DNA of 55,171 nucleotides, filler included, from Perkinsus olseni (Eukaryota): NCBI GenBank assembly GCA_013115125.1. It is 2 parts of 2 records of this genome, joined end to end, with 100 filler letters (N's around TTAATTAATTAA, not from the genome) between each part and the next. Parts side by side here need not be neighbours in the genome. Positions count along the whole stretch, not along the records: positions 27,646 to 55,171 come from JABANN010000464.1; 1 more part is not named here. One strand, 5' to 3'. Shown piece by piece: positions 33,815 to 45,671 of this stretch (position 1 is its first letter; each line of letters starts with the position of its first letter). The notes under the pieces were generated by a model. It saw only the letters and a program-made list of their open reading frames with translations, ran no database searches and was not told where the DNA came from. The position numbers and the translations under genes were made by a program.

Positions 33815-36622
33815 GTCTGAATGTAAACGAGGGTACTGTGCACGTGCCGGTCTCGCGTGTGGCGTATACAGAAAACAGTGTTACAATTTGCATCACTTCT
33901 TGCCCAGACGCATCATGTAACTAGTGGCGCCGCGCATTTGAGGTTTTAGTGCTATGTGGGATCCAGTGAACAGACTAGGTATCAGCGGCTCTTGATGCTG
34001 ATCGTGCTCTCTCCAGTTTGGCTCTAGGAAGGCCCAAGGCGCTCAGATGATGACCAGATAAGGCCTTGCCATTCACATAATCCATATAGCGGATGAGTCC
34101 GTCCGGCCTCGCTCTGATCGACTCCGGCATGTGTAGCTGCTGCTCTTTGGGGGAGCAAGCAGCGGTTTTGTGCTGGACGACACTGTTCTCTCGTTTGCTA
34201 TCAAAGTTGTTGCTGTCGAATGTCTCTGCTATCGATTGTGGACCCGAGTAGGGCCGTCCACAACTTACGCCCAAGGTACGTAGCAGTCGGATGTTTATGC
34301 ATCTCGGATATCACTCCGTAGTACTCAACATGTCCAGCTAATCACGCCTGTAGGACAGTTGAAACGAGAGTCAAGAGCATGATGATTATTTCATGCACTG
34401 TGGCACACCCGGCGGCCGCCGATCCATCGTCTAGAGTTGTTCCCTCGCCGATCGCGACATCGAAGCCGAGGAAGATGAAGGTGGTGATCACGGAGGGGTC
34501 CTCATAGGTCTGACACTCTCCACCTGGAATCGCACGAGGTACTGCAACGAAGCACCCGAGTCATTTGCGCCACCGATGCTACTGCATCACAGACGCGGCC
34601 TACCCGACTTCCCGTCACAGAAGCTTAGCCTCCAGAAATTAACTTGAGGATTGGTGTTGGCCACCAGAATAGGGAAAGTGATCGCGTATCTGTGTGGTGT
34701 TAGCTACGAGAGCACTTACTGGCCCACCTCCCTGAGCCCATGGGCAAGTCTCGATCGATGCTCACTGCGAAGGCATGGTCGTCTTGGGTTAGCTGCTAAC
34801 CGTTGCTAACCGTTAGCACGACGTAGCTCCCATTGATGGGCACGAAGCCTTCAAGCTGAATCTGGCAAGGTGATCGGTGGAGACGGCCAGTAGGCGAATA
34901 CCCACCTGTGTCGAGAGGGCCGAGTCTGTTGTGATGAGATGACGGAAGCCTTTGGGACAGGTGATGAGAACTCGACTTATCGCGAGATCCGCGGGCACCT
35001 GTTGTCGAATACAGAATAAAAACACCGGCAACCAGGGCATTCAGGAAAGCCTCGGATACCTGAGCCTGTATGCCGAGTGCTAGCGTCACTTAAACGATCC
35101 GCCCAGGCTTGGGTTTACCGGACCCAGCGTCGAAAGGACTCTCATCTGCCACCACACAACGGACGTGAAACCCTCGGAAACTTCGCGCTGACCGGCCCAC
35201 TTGCCGACGGCAAGTTGCCGTGGCCTCTGTTCCAGAAAGTTCCTCGTCACCTGCCTGGCCCAGTAGCAACACAGACTCGGGTAAACTGGCTACGCTATCA
35301 GCCGACAAAGCAACGGCTTCCGGACTGACGATCAAACCCCGTACCACCGAGGCAGCAGGGATCTGAGGAAGTGCCAGCGTGAAGGCGGCCCTGAGCCGGA
35401 GCTCGCCCTGACCTGCACCGCAGCGTCCACGACTGCTCCTTGCCGCGATAGAAGATATAACTAGAACTCTTCCGCTGAAGATAGACTGTTCATGAGCAGC
35501 AGGCCGACGGCGAAGGAGTATGTGCCGGGTAACAGGGTCGTGTTGAGGTATATAACAGCGCTGTTCTGAAGATGAGGTCTGCCGAGAGGAGTAACCTTCA
35601 GATGAGCCTACCGAATCCTGAGCATATGACACGGCCATTGCCAGCGTTCGCTAGGCTGAGGCCGATGAAGGACACACATGTCGCTGATGCAGAGGGCGGC
35701 AGGTTGACTCGGATCTGACTCGGGGTACGAGGTTGGAGGTTGGGGGTCTTCTTACCATTCCTCCACCGCTGAGTCTTTGAGTGGTGGTGAACTCAACTCC
35801 CAAGGTGGTACTGGCCTGGGCCACCCTAGGATAGTGGAATCGGGCCAAGGACATGGGCGTGATGTTGAAGCCAGCGAAGTCCACACCCCAACCAACGACG
35901 TCCTCGTCGTCGGTATCGCTGCGGAAAGAGAGGGATCAGATACGCGAACCACTCAGTCTTGGACTGACCTGCGACGAGAGAGGCCTCGGACGAGCCAGTA
36001 GGGCGCTGGGTCGGACAAGGGCTCTGGGCTCGTCACCTTAGGGGGTCCAGGATAGCAGTGGCGCCGCTTTGTGAGACGCCTGCCTTCAATCGAGTGGTTA
36101 TCCGATCTGCCATTCCGCAGCATGCAAAGTCCGCTCACACAAGCTTTGCTGTTGGCCTTACAGGCTCAGCGGCATCGGACTCTTCCAAAGGCGCGCAACT
36201 GCAGTAGAATCGGAGTCCTTCTGCCGCTCATCGACGCCAGAAAGACCTGATAGCGTCCCCTCCACTTGGTATGAGTCTCGTCGTCACTGTCGGCACGCCC
36301 GTCGACGGGTCAATCTCCTCTGATTCCTCTTTGAGCGTCGTTACTGTGGCAATGAGGCAATCAGGGGATAAAAACAAATCCTTGAGTGAGCGTTGAGGTC
36401 TCCACTCTGATGATGTTTGCCCGGCTCACCCAGAGGAGCTGTCAATAGCAACTCTCTGGCGGAAGACATCCTTAGATTGGCGACGCCAATTTGGCGTCCA
36501 AGGTGACCTGGGATCAGTGTTGGCTGGAGGCCAGGGTGAGGATTTTACCACAGCCTCGGCGGACGGAGCAGCTCTGGCATCCCTCACCCTCAAGTGGTAG
36601 TCGAAGGCCATAACGAAGGAGG

Positions 36623-36979
36623 TCATCTCTCCATCGTTGCTGTTGCTTGGGTCGACAGGATCTTGAGTACTGCCTGAGAGTCCGTGAAGATCTCCCAGGC
36701 CTCGTCACCCGCTGTCGACACAATCCAGCGGACTGCTTCCAGAACTCCTAGGAGTTCGCAATCCGTGATAGTAGCGTAAGGGGAGAGCTTCCAGAAATTG
36801 GAGTAGACCTCTCCGCCCTCACGATAAACGACCATTGCAGCGCCAGTCTTGACGTCCTTGACCACCGAGCCATCCGTGAAAATGGCATTCTTGGTTCGGA
36901 GAGCCTCGAGTGCGTAGCTCTTGGCCTCCTCACGTTCCGTGATGGTAGTCGAAACCCAGGGGTGCCAAGGTTGAGTCAC
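36623..36979 (-). mobile_element. RNase H domain of a degenerate non-LTR retrotransposon (relic may extend ~35000-39400)
   Basis: PWHPW..IFTDGSV..GAAMV..DCELLGVLEAV..IFTDSQAVL: RNase HI D-E-D catalytic motifs of the non-LTR type; flanking frames broken by stops. Confidence 0.8.
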
Positions 36980-39900
36980 TCAACTTGCGTGGGCAAAGCC
37001 CTCCAGCGCTGCACTGTATCACCGCCATCGCGACCACCATGCAGAGTCAAAGGCGAGTGGAGAAGCATAGCCAGGCTAGGGCAGACTTACTCACCGGGGC
37101 TGGCAACAACATCACTGAGTATCCCCATCACACCAACATTCCTCAGCCTCATGTCGCCCCCGTCAGTGAATGGGAAGGGCGGGAACTCCATGGTCTGAGC
37201 CACCGTCGAGTGAGCCGTTCACTGCGCCTTATACCCTCACCTCGGTATTTCGATCTCGAATGCTCATCTTCGCCAGCCACGTGTTGGCTGCATCGGTGAT
37301 GGACAGCGCCCTGGAGGGGTTGTCAACTCGCAACTTGAAATAAATATGGCTTGCCGCCGGAATGATTTTCCCCTTCATCGAGTCAAGGCACTTAACTTCA
37401 TATCCGGTTCCAAGGTATAAGCACAGACATTATCCTCATACGTCCACTGTGTGCCACCAACATCAGCCAGGGTTCCTCGACCCTGCGGACTCGACCCCAA
37501 GAACTGGACAGTTTCTGGTATTGGCTCTACCTGAGGACGGGACACCAGTAGACTGGTGGTGGTGAGCGGAGTGCTCACTTCCAAACAGGTGTATCCCTCG
37601 GGCAGCTGTATGGTTATGGCCGGGTATGAGCTTAGCGCTTGGTAAGGTCTATGCAGACTCGCAATAAAGGACAACTGAGCGGCGGGGAGGGGAAGTATCC
37701 ACCCGTACCCGGAAAATTCCCGGAGGTTGGCAGCCTCTTACTTGGATGTAGAGTACATTGTTCTAGTCTCCTTTGAACGAACGTGCATCAACGATACCAC
37801 TATCATCCCGAACGATATGGGCACCACCCCACTGCTTGCCTGCCGGGGGTTTCTTCAACCTGCAGCCATCAACCGGGTCACGCTGCACCACACCACACCG
37901 GAGGATTGTTAGGAGATGTTCTGGTATGAAACCTTCCAAAGACGCCAACACACTTTGCCGTCCGCGTTGGCTCCTTCAAAGACACTCCAGTAAAGGGAGA
38001 GCTGTTTGGTAACGCGGAGTGGTCCTTGGCCACACACAGCGGGTTCGACTCGATGAGGTAAACGAGATGATCGCCAGCCGCATCATGTTTACTGTAATGC
38101 TCCCTCCACCAGGGTGTTGTGGCCCACAACTCGTGGGGGTAGGTGTCGTCGCTGTTGGTGAGCTCCGCTCCGCCCAACCTCATAGGAAACCAGCCGACCT
38201 CATCTACTGGTAGGGGCAACGCCTTTATCGTCAGTGTATAGCGGACATTGCCCTTCAAGTCATCTGCAACGCCCAGCATCAGGCAACCGTAGGAATCCAC
38301 AGACTCACATGATCAGGGAAGATAAACCTAACCACCGCGTCATCATTGCCGATGGCCTCTAGGTGACACCTGCCATTCAGGCTACCACACCGCATGCCCT
38401 TGGCGGGGTAGCACCTGTGGACAGCCACCGTTGCCGCAGTTTAAGACACGCTCATTTACCATCCCTCACAGCGACGGCCACTCTCTGCTCTACTGGAGGC
38501 CCTCCAGGCGGTCAGGGGCCAGAGGTACAGCCGAAGGTTGCTACCACCGACAATCTTCCCGAGACCACTGCGCTCACCTGCCCATCACAGCTTGCCATTC
38601 GGGTGGCAGGAAGCGCTTCCAACCTGCGATACTGAGTGTGATCTCCCGGGATGCGCCCAAGTCCCCTGGGTTTTGAAGCAATGCTGGAATGAGGGCATCG
38701 AAGGCCGGCCAGTTCGGGTCGGTTGAGCGGGCAGGTGGCAGTGGGGGCCTACCAAGGCTGATACCTACAGTGGCAAAGGAGCATCCTGATGTCGGTCCTT
38801 GGTCAACACGGACTGCTTCAGACTAGCTATACGTCAGTCGTGCTACCTGCTTTGCCCAGCTCGAGGACCGTGGAGGGACTGGTGGCAATGTAATCCATCG
38901 AGATTACCCACAGGTGAGCGATATTACCGCGAAGGGCAGCGTCGAGTTGTGCGCATGCGTGTCTGGTCGGATACCCTCATGCGGATCAAGTGTACCGCGC
39001 TAGTATTGTAAAACCGCAGGATCACGGTGAATGGAGCATGTGAATTTTAAGTAGCTTTTCGGTAGCTTCACAGTGGCCTCGAGTCACTCGAGGTTCCAAA
39101 CTTGAAATCGAGTGACCCGGCCAAAGCGCAACGACGACTCTCACGAAGAGTCAAAAGATGCGACGATCGCTCATTCAATTTTCCGGTAACTTCCATAGGG
39201 AAATTAGCGATGTAGACCTTCACTTGACTATCGGGTGCGATCCTTTCCTCGGCGTAAGCCATCAACGACTTGCAGGCGCATACGTCTGTAACTCGATGTC
39301 GTCGCGCCTCAAGTGTAGACGCTGCGCGGTTCAACTTCACGTTGGGCGAAAGGAGGTAATTGATTTCGCTGGTGTTACATTAGATTTTGTTTGAGGGGCA
39401 GGCTCCCCGTCTGCAGTGCTTCAGAATGCGCATCAAGCAGACATAGCTCTTGCCGCGAGCCATCTCGGCTCTACCGAATCGGTAGGTCTCGAGTCCACAA
39501 ACTCCCACACACTCAACCGCGCGACACTCTTTTAACACTGAGAGACACTCCATTGGCAGCGATGTAGCGCGAAAACCCCAGAATACTCGTTCTGCTAGCT
39601 CTAGAAAAGGCTGCTCTGATCAGTGCAACCGCCATTCATTCAGGGGGCTACCGTAGTTAGCCTGTACCGAAGCTCTCCTTCTGGCGCCTTCGGTACTCCC
39701 CATTGCTATTGGCTTCGATATTGGACACTCTGATGAGATTACCCTATTGAATGCTCTGTTTTGACTAGTTTAGTTCGGCTGAATGTTCCTTGGTAGTAAA
39801 ACGACTATCATGCGGAAGTCCGGGAGTCAAGAAGATATCCCTTCTGGGCATTCGTTGTGATCACCACAATGTGGTGCCTAGGCATGTGCAGTACGGCTTT

Positions 39901-40038
39901 TCGTACTCTGACTGATATTTCCTGGCAATGGACTGCGGGCCTGCTACTGGTATCAACGCGAAGCTCCGAACATGGTAGAAAAATCATGAGTTGAGACTAT
40001 ATGAGATGACACTGAGTCTCAGTAACTTCACCGCCATC

Positions 40039-41424
40039 TTAAGAAGGCGAGCTCTTCAGAAGGAGGGCGACGCTGTCTTCGGACCTTCGGAATTTGAAGG
40101 ACTTTCCTTCGGCCAGAACGAAGCATTCCCCTGCACTAACTGCCTTTAGGCCGACATCACCGCCCGAGACCTGACGGCAAGTAAGCACTGTCAGAATAAG
40201 CCAGAAAACAATCTCACTTCAATTTGTCCACGTATAACATACAAGAAGGCCTCAGAGCCTCTACTGAGCTCCTCGTCCGTCGCTTGTTTCGTTCCTGTCA
40301 AGCGGACTCAAGATGCGTGTCCCTCACAGGCATACCCACCGGCGCCAAGAACAACAACCTTAAAGCCTTGCTCAGGGTGATCATCTCCGAAGAGACTCTG
40401 CCGTGCACCGGGTTTGGCCAGTTCACTGCTATGCTCTTCCAACCACCCGTTAAAGGAAAATGGCCTGAGGGCGGTGTAAAGGCTCTTCCCGCATGTTCTT
40501 GACGACGCACCGCGGAACGATCGTCTGATAGTCCTGGCGAAGGGGAGGATCTGCTATCACCGAGCCCGGTGTTGGTCTCCCAGTGGCGAACGCCACCGAG
40601 GCTCTGAACTCCTGACCGAACCGATCGGGAATCCACCAACCAAACGACGCTTACCTCCACTACGGGAACTAGGTCACGACCGAGGTCACCGCAGTAGAAG
40701 TACCTACGGCTACTTCATAAAGCAACTTATCGTATCATCGGGGATTTACTTTTCCCAGAGAATCTCGTCGCATTTTGCAAAGTCCGTGTACCAGCGTAGC
40801 CCGTCGAACTCCTTTCCTTCTACCCGAGCCCGTTCGATGACCAAACCCTGAGAAGGATCGCTGTCTTCTTAGCGGTATTGAGAGACGTTTACTAGGCTGT
40901 TCGCCTCCGGGCGTTGCGGTGAGTGTGGTATTCTGCTCGGAAGGAGAAAGACCTCCCCTTCTTTGATCTCGATCAGCCTGCAAGACCCCCTTCATCGCCC
41001 AGGCGCCGTCGTCATGATTTTTTACTTTTTCTCGCCTCTTTCGATTATCGGTAATTTCATATTTCCTTTCATCTGCCAAAAAAATTCCGGACTCCCGTCC
41101 AGGTGAAAATCAGTTCTCGTGTTCGGGCCACCGACGAACATGATCGACAGATGTTCCTTGTGCATGAGCTTGTTACAGATGGGCGGACTGAAGCTCTCCG
41201 AGTGCTCCTCAACCCACGCGGCAACAGACACAGGCCCTTCTGTCCGCAGGTCGCGGGTCATGAGCAACGAATGCCTGCAGGCAGCCAGGCATGGAGCGTT
41301 TATAAGAACGGGAAGGGGCCCACTAGAGCCACCCAGTCGGAGCTGAGGGCCCGCCTTGGGAAAGGTGATTCTAAGCTCATGCGCCCACCCTTACTGGCTT
41401 GGGAGCCTTTTTAGAGCGTTTCAT
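40039..41424 (-). CDS. HAAO: 3-hydroxyanthranilate 3,4-dioxygenase, multi-exon, start approximate
   Basis: PPICNKLMH..MFVGGPNTRTDFHLDGSPEFFWQMKG; GEVFLLPSRIPHSPQR; GLVIERAR..DGLRWY; YFYCGDLGRDLVPVV; C-terminal domain PFSFNGWLEEHSSEL..SLFG. Confidence 0.95.
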
Positions 41425-41586
41425 GGGCCACTCAGATTCAATGTAAGAACGGGATTCACTAAGATCTCGAGTTCGACGAAAATTAAAAAACATACCCACA
41501 AGGAGGTCGCGGCTGTGCGCGAATATGAACTACCACCGGTGTATTTCACGCCCTTCTTCCTTTCAGCCTTTGGTAGAGGTGGGCGA

Positions 41587-41830
41587 CAGTACGGGTACGG
41601 TCTAGTACGAAGTACGGTACGGGTACGAGTACGGCTCCGTACCCGTACTACTCGTCCCAGGGGCTCCCAAGTACCGTACTAGTACGCCGTACTCGAAGTA
41701 CGGCGTACTTCAATACACGTATGCGTTATTCAATATTTTTAATACGTACTAATTCTCCGTACCCGTACTAAGTTGACAGTTTGGAACGTACTCCGTACCG
41801 TACTTTCCTCGACCCCAGTACGGTTGCCCA
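41587..41830. repeat. GTAC/GTACGG-rich degenerate repeat tract
   Basis: Dense gtacgg/ccgtac units in both orientations between divergent HAAO and DUF445 genes. Confidence 0.8.
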
Positions 41831-41988
41831 GCTCTAGCCTTTGGTAGCGTAGTAGCGTGCCCAGTAATTTGAACGTAATGCGCGTTAAGGAAATGCAAGA
41901 TTTCGCTAGGATGTAAGATCGACAACTTGCCTCGGAAACGGCACAAACATCCGCTGTCACTAAATTCTGTGTCCCAATCACCGTAGCA

Positions 41989-42329
41989 CCTGAATTTACC
42001 CAAACCCGGATTTAACCAACCCGAAAGCGCGTGCCAAAATAATCGATAAAAATGTGCGATTTATTGCGTATTCGGGTTCTTTTCCTCCCGCCAGCCATTT
42101 GCCCGATATTATCCAATTCTTAACCAAAAGAATATCCCCCGTGTCCCTGGCGACACCAAGCTAACTCTATTTGACATATTTCAGACTGAGTTCTGCTGAA
42201 TTGGTTAGGCCCTCAAAGTTGCTAGAGGTAGGTCGTGGGTTCAATTCTATAAATGCCCAACGATTAATTTATCGATTACATTGGCGCGCTCTTTCGGGTC
42301 GGTTAAATCCGGGTTTGGGTAAAATCGGG
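41989..42329. mobile_element. MITE-like element with ~60-bp terminal inverted repeats enclosing a tRNA relic
   Basis: tttacccaaacccggatttaaccaacccgaaagcgcgtgccaaaataatcgataaa (41995-42050) pairs with 42268-42323; internal AGGTCGTGGGTTCAATTCTATAAATGCCCA. No clear TSD. Confidence 0.7.
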
Positions 42330-42434
42330 AAGAGCCCCTAATCACTAAATCTTGCGCGCGCCCGACTGATCGATATCGGCGCGTTTTCCGGTTTCTGGTT
42401 GCCTACAGTAATTGTCTTAGTAGTTGTCTTAAGA

Positions 42435-45400
42435 ATGCCCATTAAACTGTGGCGATGGTGGGATGGCAGTAGACCACCGCCGGCGGCGGCGCCTTCTGAA
42501 GAGGATGTGTATCATTCGTTGGGAGGAGGGGCGTATTACAGTGCGTGTAGTTTGGAAGAGGAGTTCGACCAGTATCGGCCATTGCCCACCAATGACATGA
42601 TGGTAACAACTTGGGGAAGAGAACGCTTAAGGAAAAAGAAAAAATAGTTTGGAAGAGGAGAGGTGATTTTCCTATTTTTTATCAGAAACAACCGAACAGT
42701 CGCAGCGTGAACGGTAAATTAGGAGAGGCCTTCAGCGGGCGAAGCCACGGGTTATCATCGTTGGACTCGTTATTCATAACACCCACCCCGGCTGGTCGAA
42801 GGTCACGTTATAATTCTACCACTGGTACGTCTGACGTGTCATCCAGCGCTAGGTGGCGGCAGAAAAGGATTATACCTTGGCATGTTGGCGGGAAGAGGGT
42901 AATAATAAAGATGATCATTCCGTTGCCGCCCCGGTTGAATTTTCCGGTGTAGCAAGGCGAGTTGGTCTCTGTAACCTCATGAAGACTTCCATTAACAGTC
43001 CCTTCAGCGCCCCCTATCATGAACGACCATGGATTGTCTACTGGTTCCCGGTCGTCAGTGATGGTTGCTGTCAGGTGCGCCTCAGTCGCCGGATGAAGAT
43101 AGCTTTGTCATGCCTGAGTGTTTGCCTGGTGGTGTTTCTGATTATCTACAAGCTCTTCGACGTCTTGCCGTGGAGGCTCATCAGCATACCACTCGTTAGC
43201 GTAATCATAGGGCGGAATAGCATAGTGGTCATCTCTCTTGCTTCACATGCCATTCTCCCGGGTTCGAATCCCCGTGGTTGTTCAGGTAGTGTTTACTTGG
43301 TTTCATATCTGGTTGGCATTACAGATGTGCTTCTTCCCAATCGACTATTGGGGATGGGATATAACGGGTCACCACCAAGGCCTCGGCTGGCAGGGAATCG
43401 TCCCGCGGAAGGCTGACAAGATGGCTGGCACCGCATGTGACCTCATGGTAGTACTGCGGGGCTGGTGTTCGGAGACGTTTAATATCCGCACTGCCATAAG
43501 ATGAGTGGAATTTAACCCAATCACGGCGATAATCTACTATCGGGCTGTGTTATCTCTTTGCTATGTTTTTCTACACGAACGCGGTTCTCCCTGTCACACA
43601 GTTTATCGGAACAATCTGTAGCACACAGTCCACGGGCAGAGGGAATCACCGCTTTTGCATAGCCGGTAGTTGACATTAATGCCTGATGATTCATGGGACC
43701 CGATAGGGTAGCCTCTTCGGTGGACAGGATCATACGATGTACACTGGGCTCACTTAGCGCATAGTGCTGCTATTTGCTGACGATTGCCTGGTCAGGTTGA
43801 TAGGCTTATCTACGTGAAAGAGATCGTTGAGCGAATCGACGCTACTGACCTCTATCGGTATTTGAGTTCGACTGGCATCTTGCGGAGCGTGCAACAGGAG
43901 GTCAACCGCAGAATTGGCAACAGGTGATGATACCCGCCTTCGTCTTCGCGCCTGGACTCTACCTCCCTCAGATGGTTCGCCGGAGTGTGGTCATCCCTGC
44001 CCGGTGCGGTGAAGGAGGAGCTCCTCGAGAAGTCTCTGGAGTTGTCGGAAGACAGTTTACAGAGCATGGTGGCGGAGGCTAAGAAATGCCTGATGGACAA
44101 GGACTTCTTCGATGTTAGGGTAATCAAGGTTCGCGTCCGTAGGCTTGAAGTGGTCTGTTAAGGAGAGAACGTCGCAACTAGTGTTAGCATGGAGTGTGTG
44201 AGCTTATAGCTCAACGCCGGTTCCGACTTAGTGAGAATTGCTCAGTCGGGACTCTCGGAGTGAGCGGATATGATTCGTAGGTGTTGAATCGTAGAGTACA
44301 CGCAATCTTGTTACCAATGCTCGAGCACTCGTCCGTGGTACTCGCGAGGAATGAGAAGAGATGAGAGCTCCAACCTTCGTCAGTGTGCGTCCTTCCCCAC
44401 TGGGTTGTGTTATGCTAGAAAAAGTTTCGACCCTCCCTCCCTCCCGCCCTGAGGAAGGTCAGTCGACCCTCTCATCGCTTCTCTCTCACTCCGTGATGAT
44501 GCACTTCTTCTTGTCTTACGGAAGGGGACGATGAGTGATATCAGGATTTGATAATTCGATGCTTCGTGGATGACCGAAGGATGCTCTCGGAGTTCTTCAT
44601 AAAAATTGGCAAAAAGGAGCTGCACTTCCTCGAGTTCATGGGAGCAGTTATGGGGTTGATATGCGGTTTGGTGAGTCCTCGGGTAACTTGCTTGCATCAT
44701 GCCCATCACCCACAGGCCCAGCTAGCGCTGTACATGTTCTTACCTGCTCATTACCGTGGACAGAGGGACTCGGCATACAGCTGGCTCCTCTTCCCGCTCA
44801 CTGGTCTTGTTATTGGTCTCTTTACCAACTGGGTGGCACTACAGCTCATATTCCGCCCGGTAGGCTGATGGCGAATATCTGAAGGTTTGAGGCTGTCGGT
44901 TTGATCAGGTGGAGCCTCACGTTGTTAGGATCCCCTGTACGGAGCAGAGGGTGAAGGTCCAAGGCCTCTTCCTTCGGCGTCAGCCTGAAGTCTCAAGAGT
45001 TTACAGTTCTCTTGTTTCGGACAGTAAGATGTTTCTCTGTTCATCTAACGTCCCAGGTTCGAATCTCGCTGTGTGCATTCACTCAGGTATCCTCAATTGC
45101 AGTCGTTTTGTAGCATATTTACAGACAACGAAAGGGTGGGATAGAATCCTCGAGGTTTTCAAGGAGACCATTAACAGCACCGTGGGTGGGATGATTTCCA
45201 CGCCCGCGGCCATAGCGATTAAGATGGCGGGAAAGGAAGGCTCGTGAGCTCGGCTTGCAATTTGCTCGTTGTGTTCCACGTTCTCAGCGGTCTTCGATCT
45301 TCAGTTACGAGAGGTTCAAAAACGACGTAGCGCATGAGTTGAGAGTGGAGCTGAGCCATCCTCATTACGTGGAGATGTATGAGCGGTAATCATCCTGAGG

Positions 45401-45671
45401 ATGTTCGCCAGAGCTGTGCACCGCCCTGCAATGGTCAGGTACATGGACAGCCGACTGGGCATAAGGGAGCTTATGGCACAGCGGCTGGCAGCGATGCCGT
45501 CGAAGGACTTCGAAAGGATGCTGCATCCAGTGAGACGAGACCTTATTCGATCACTCAGGGTTAGTCACTTGTTCTCAGGTGTTTCAGGAAGATGAAGGCA
45601 CCTTGATAATCCTGGGTGGCATCCTCGGTGTGGCTGTTGGTTGCCTTCAAGTTTGGCTGTTCGGTTTATGA
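42435..45671 (+). CDS. DUF445-like integral membrane protein, multi-exon
   Basis: FTWFHIWLALQMCFFP..GWQGIVPRKADKMA; KELHFLEFMGAVMGLICG; FTNWVALQLIFRP..QGLFLRRQPEVS; FERMLHPV|FQEDEGTLIILGGILGVAVG. Confidence 0.85.
43210..43284 (+). pseudogene. Full-length degenerate tRNA-Val(CAC)-like sequence filling the 85-nt intron 43201-43285
   Basis: GGGCGGA-A-TAGCATAGTGGTCATC..TGC-TTCACAT-GC..CCCGGGTTCGAATCCCCG..TTGTTC-A; the intron joins IPLVS|VVFTW in frame. Confidence 0.72.
45049..45077 (+). pseudogene. tRNA 3' half inside a 63-nt intron (45024-45086)
   Basis: CGTCCCAGG-TTCGAAT-CTCGC-TGTGTGC-A then TTCACTCAG. Confidence 0.6.

Noticed and set aside
37878-38300. GVADD as a reverse-transcriptase YADD motif
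   Set aside because: Other RT motifs are not recognisable; only the RNase H is supported.
44120-44162. GGTTCGCGTCC in an intron; similar weak hits at 8628-8637 and 1292-1301
   Set aside because: T-stem pairing poor or motif mismatched; not counted among the tRNA relics, though they may be more eroded cases.
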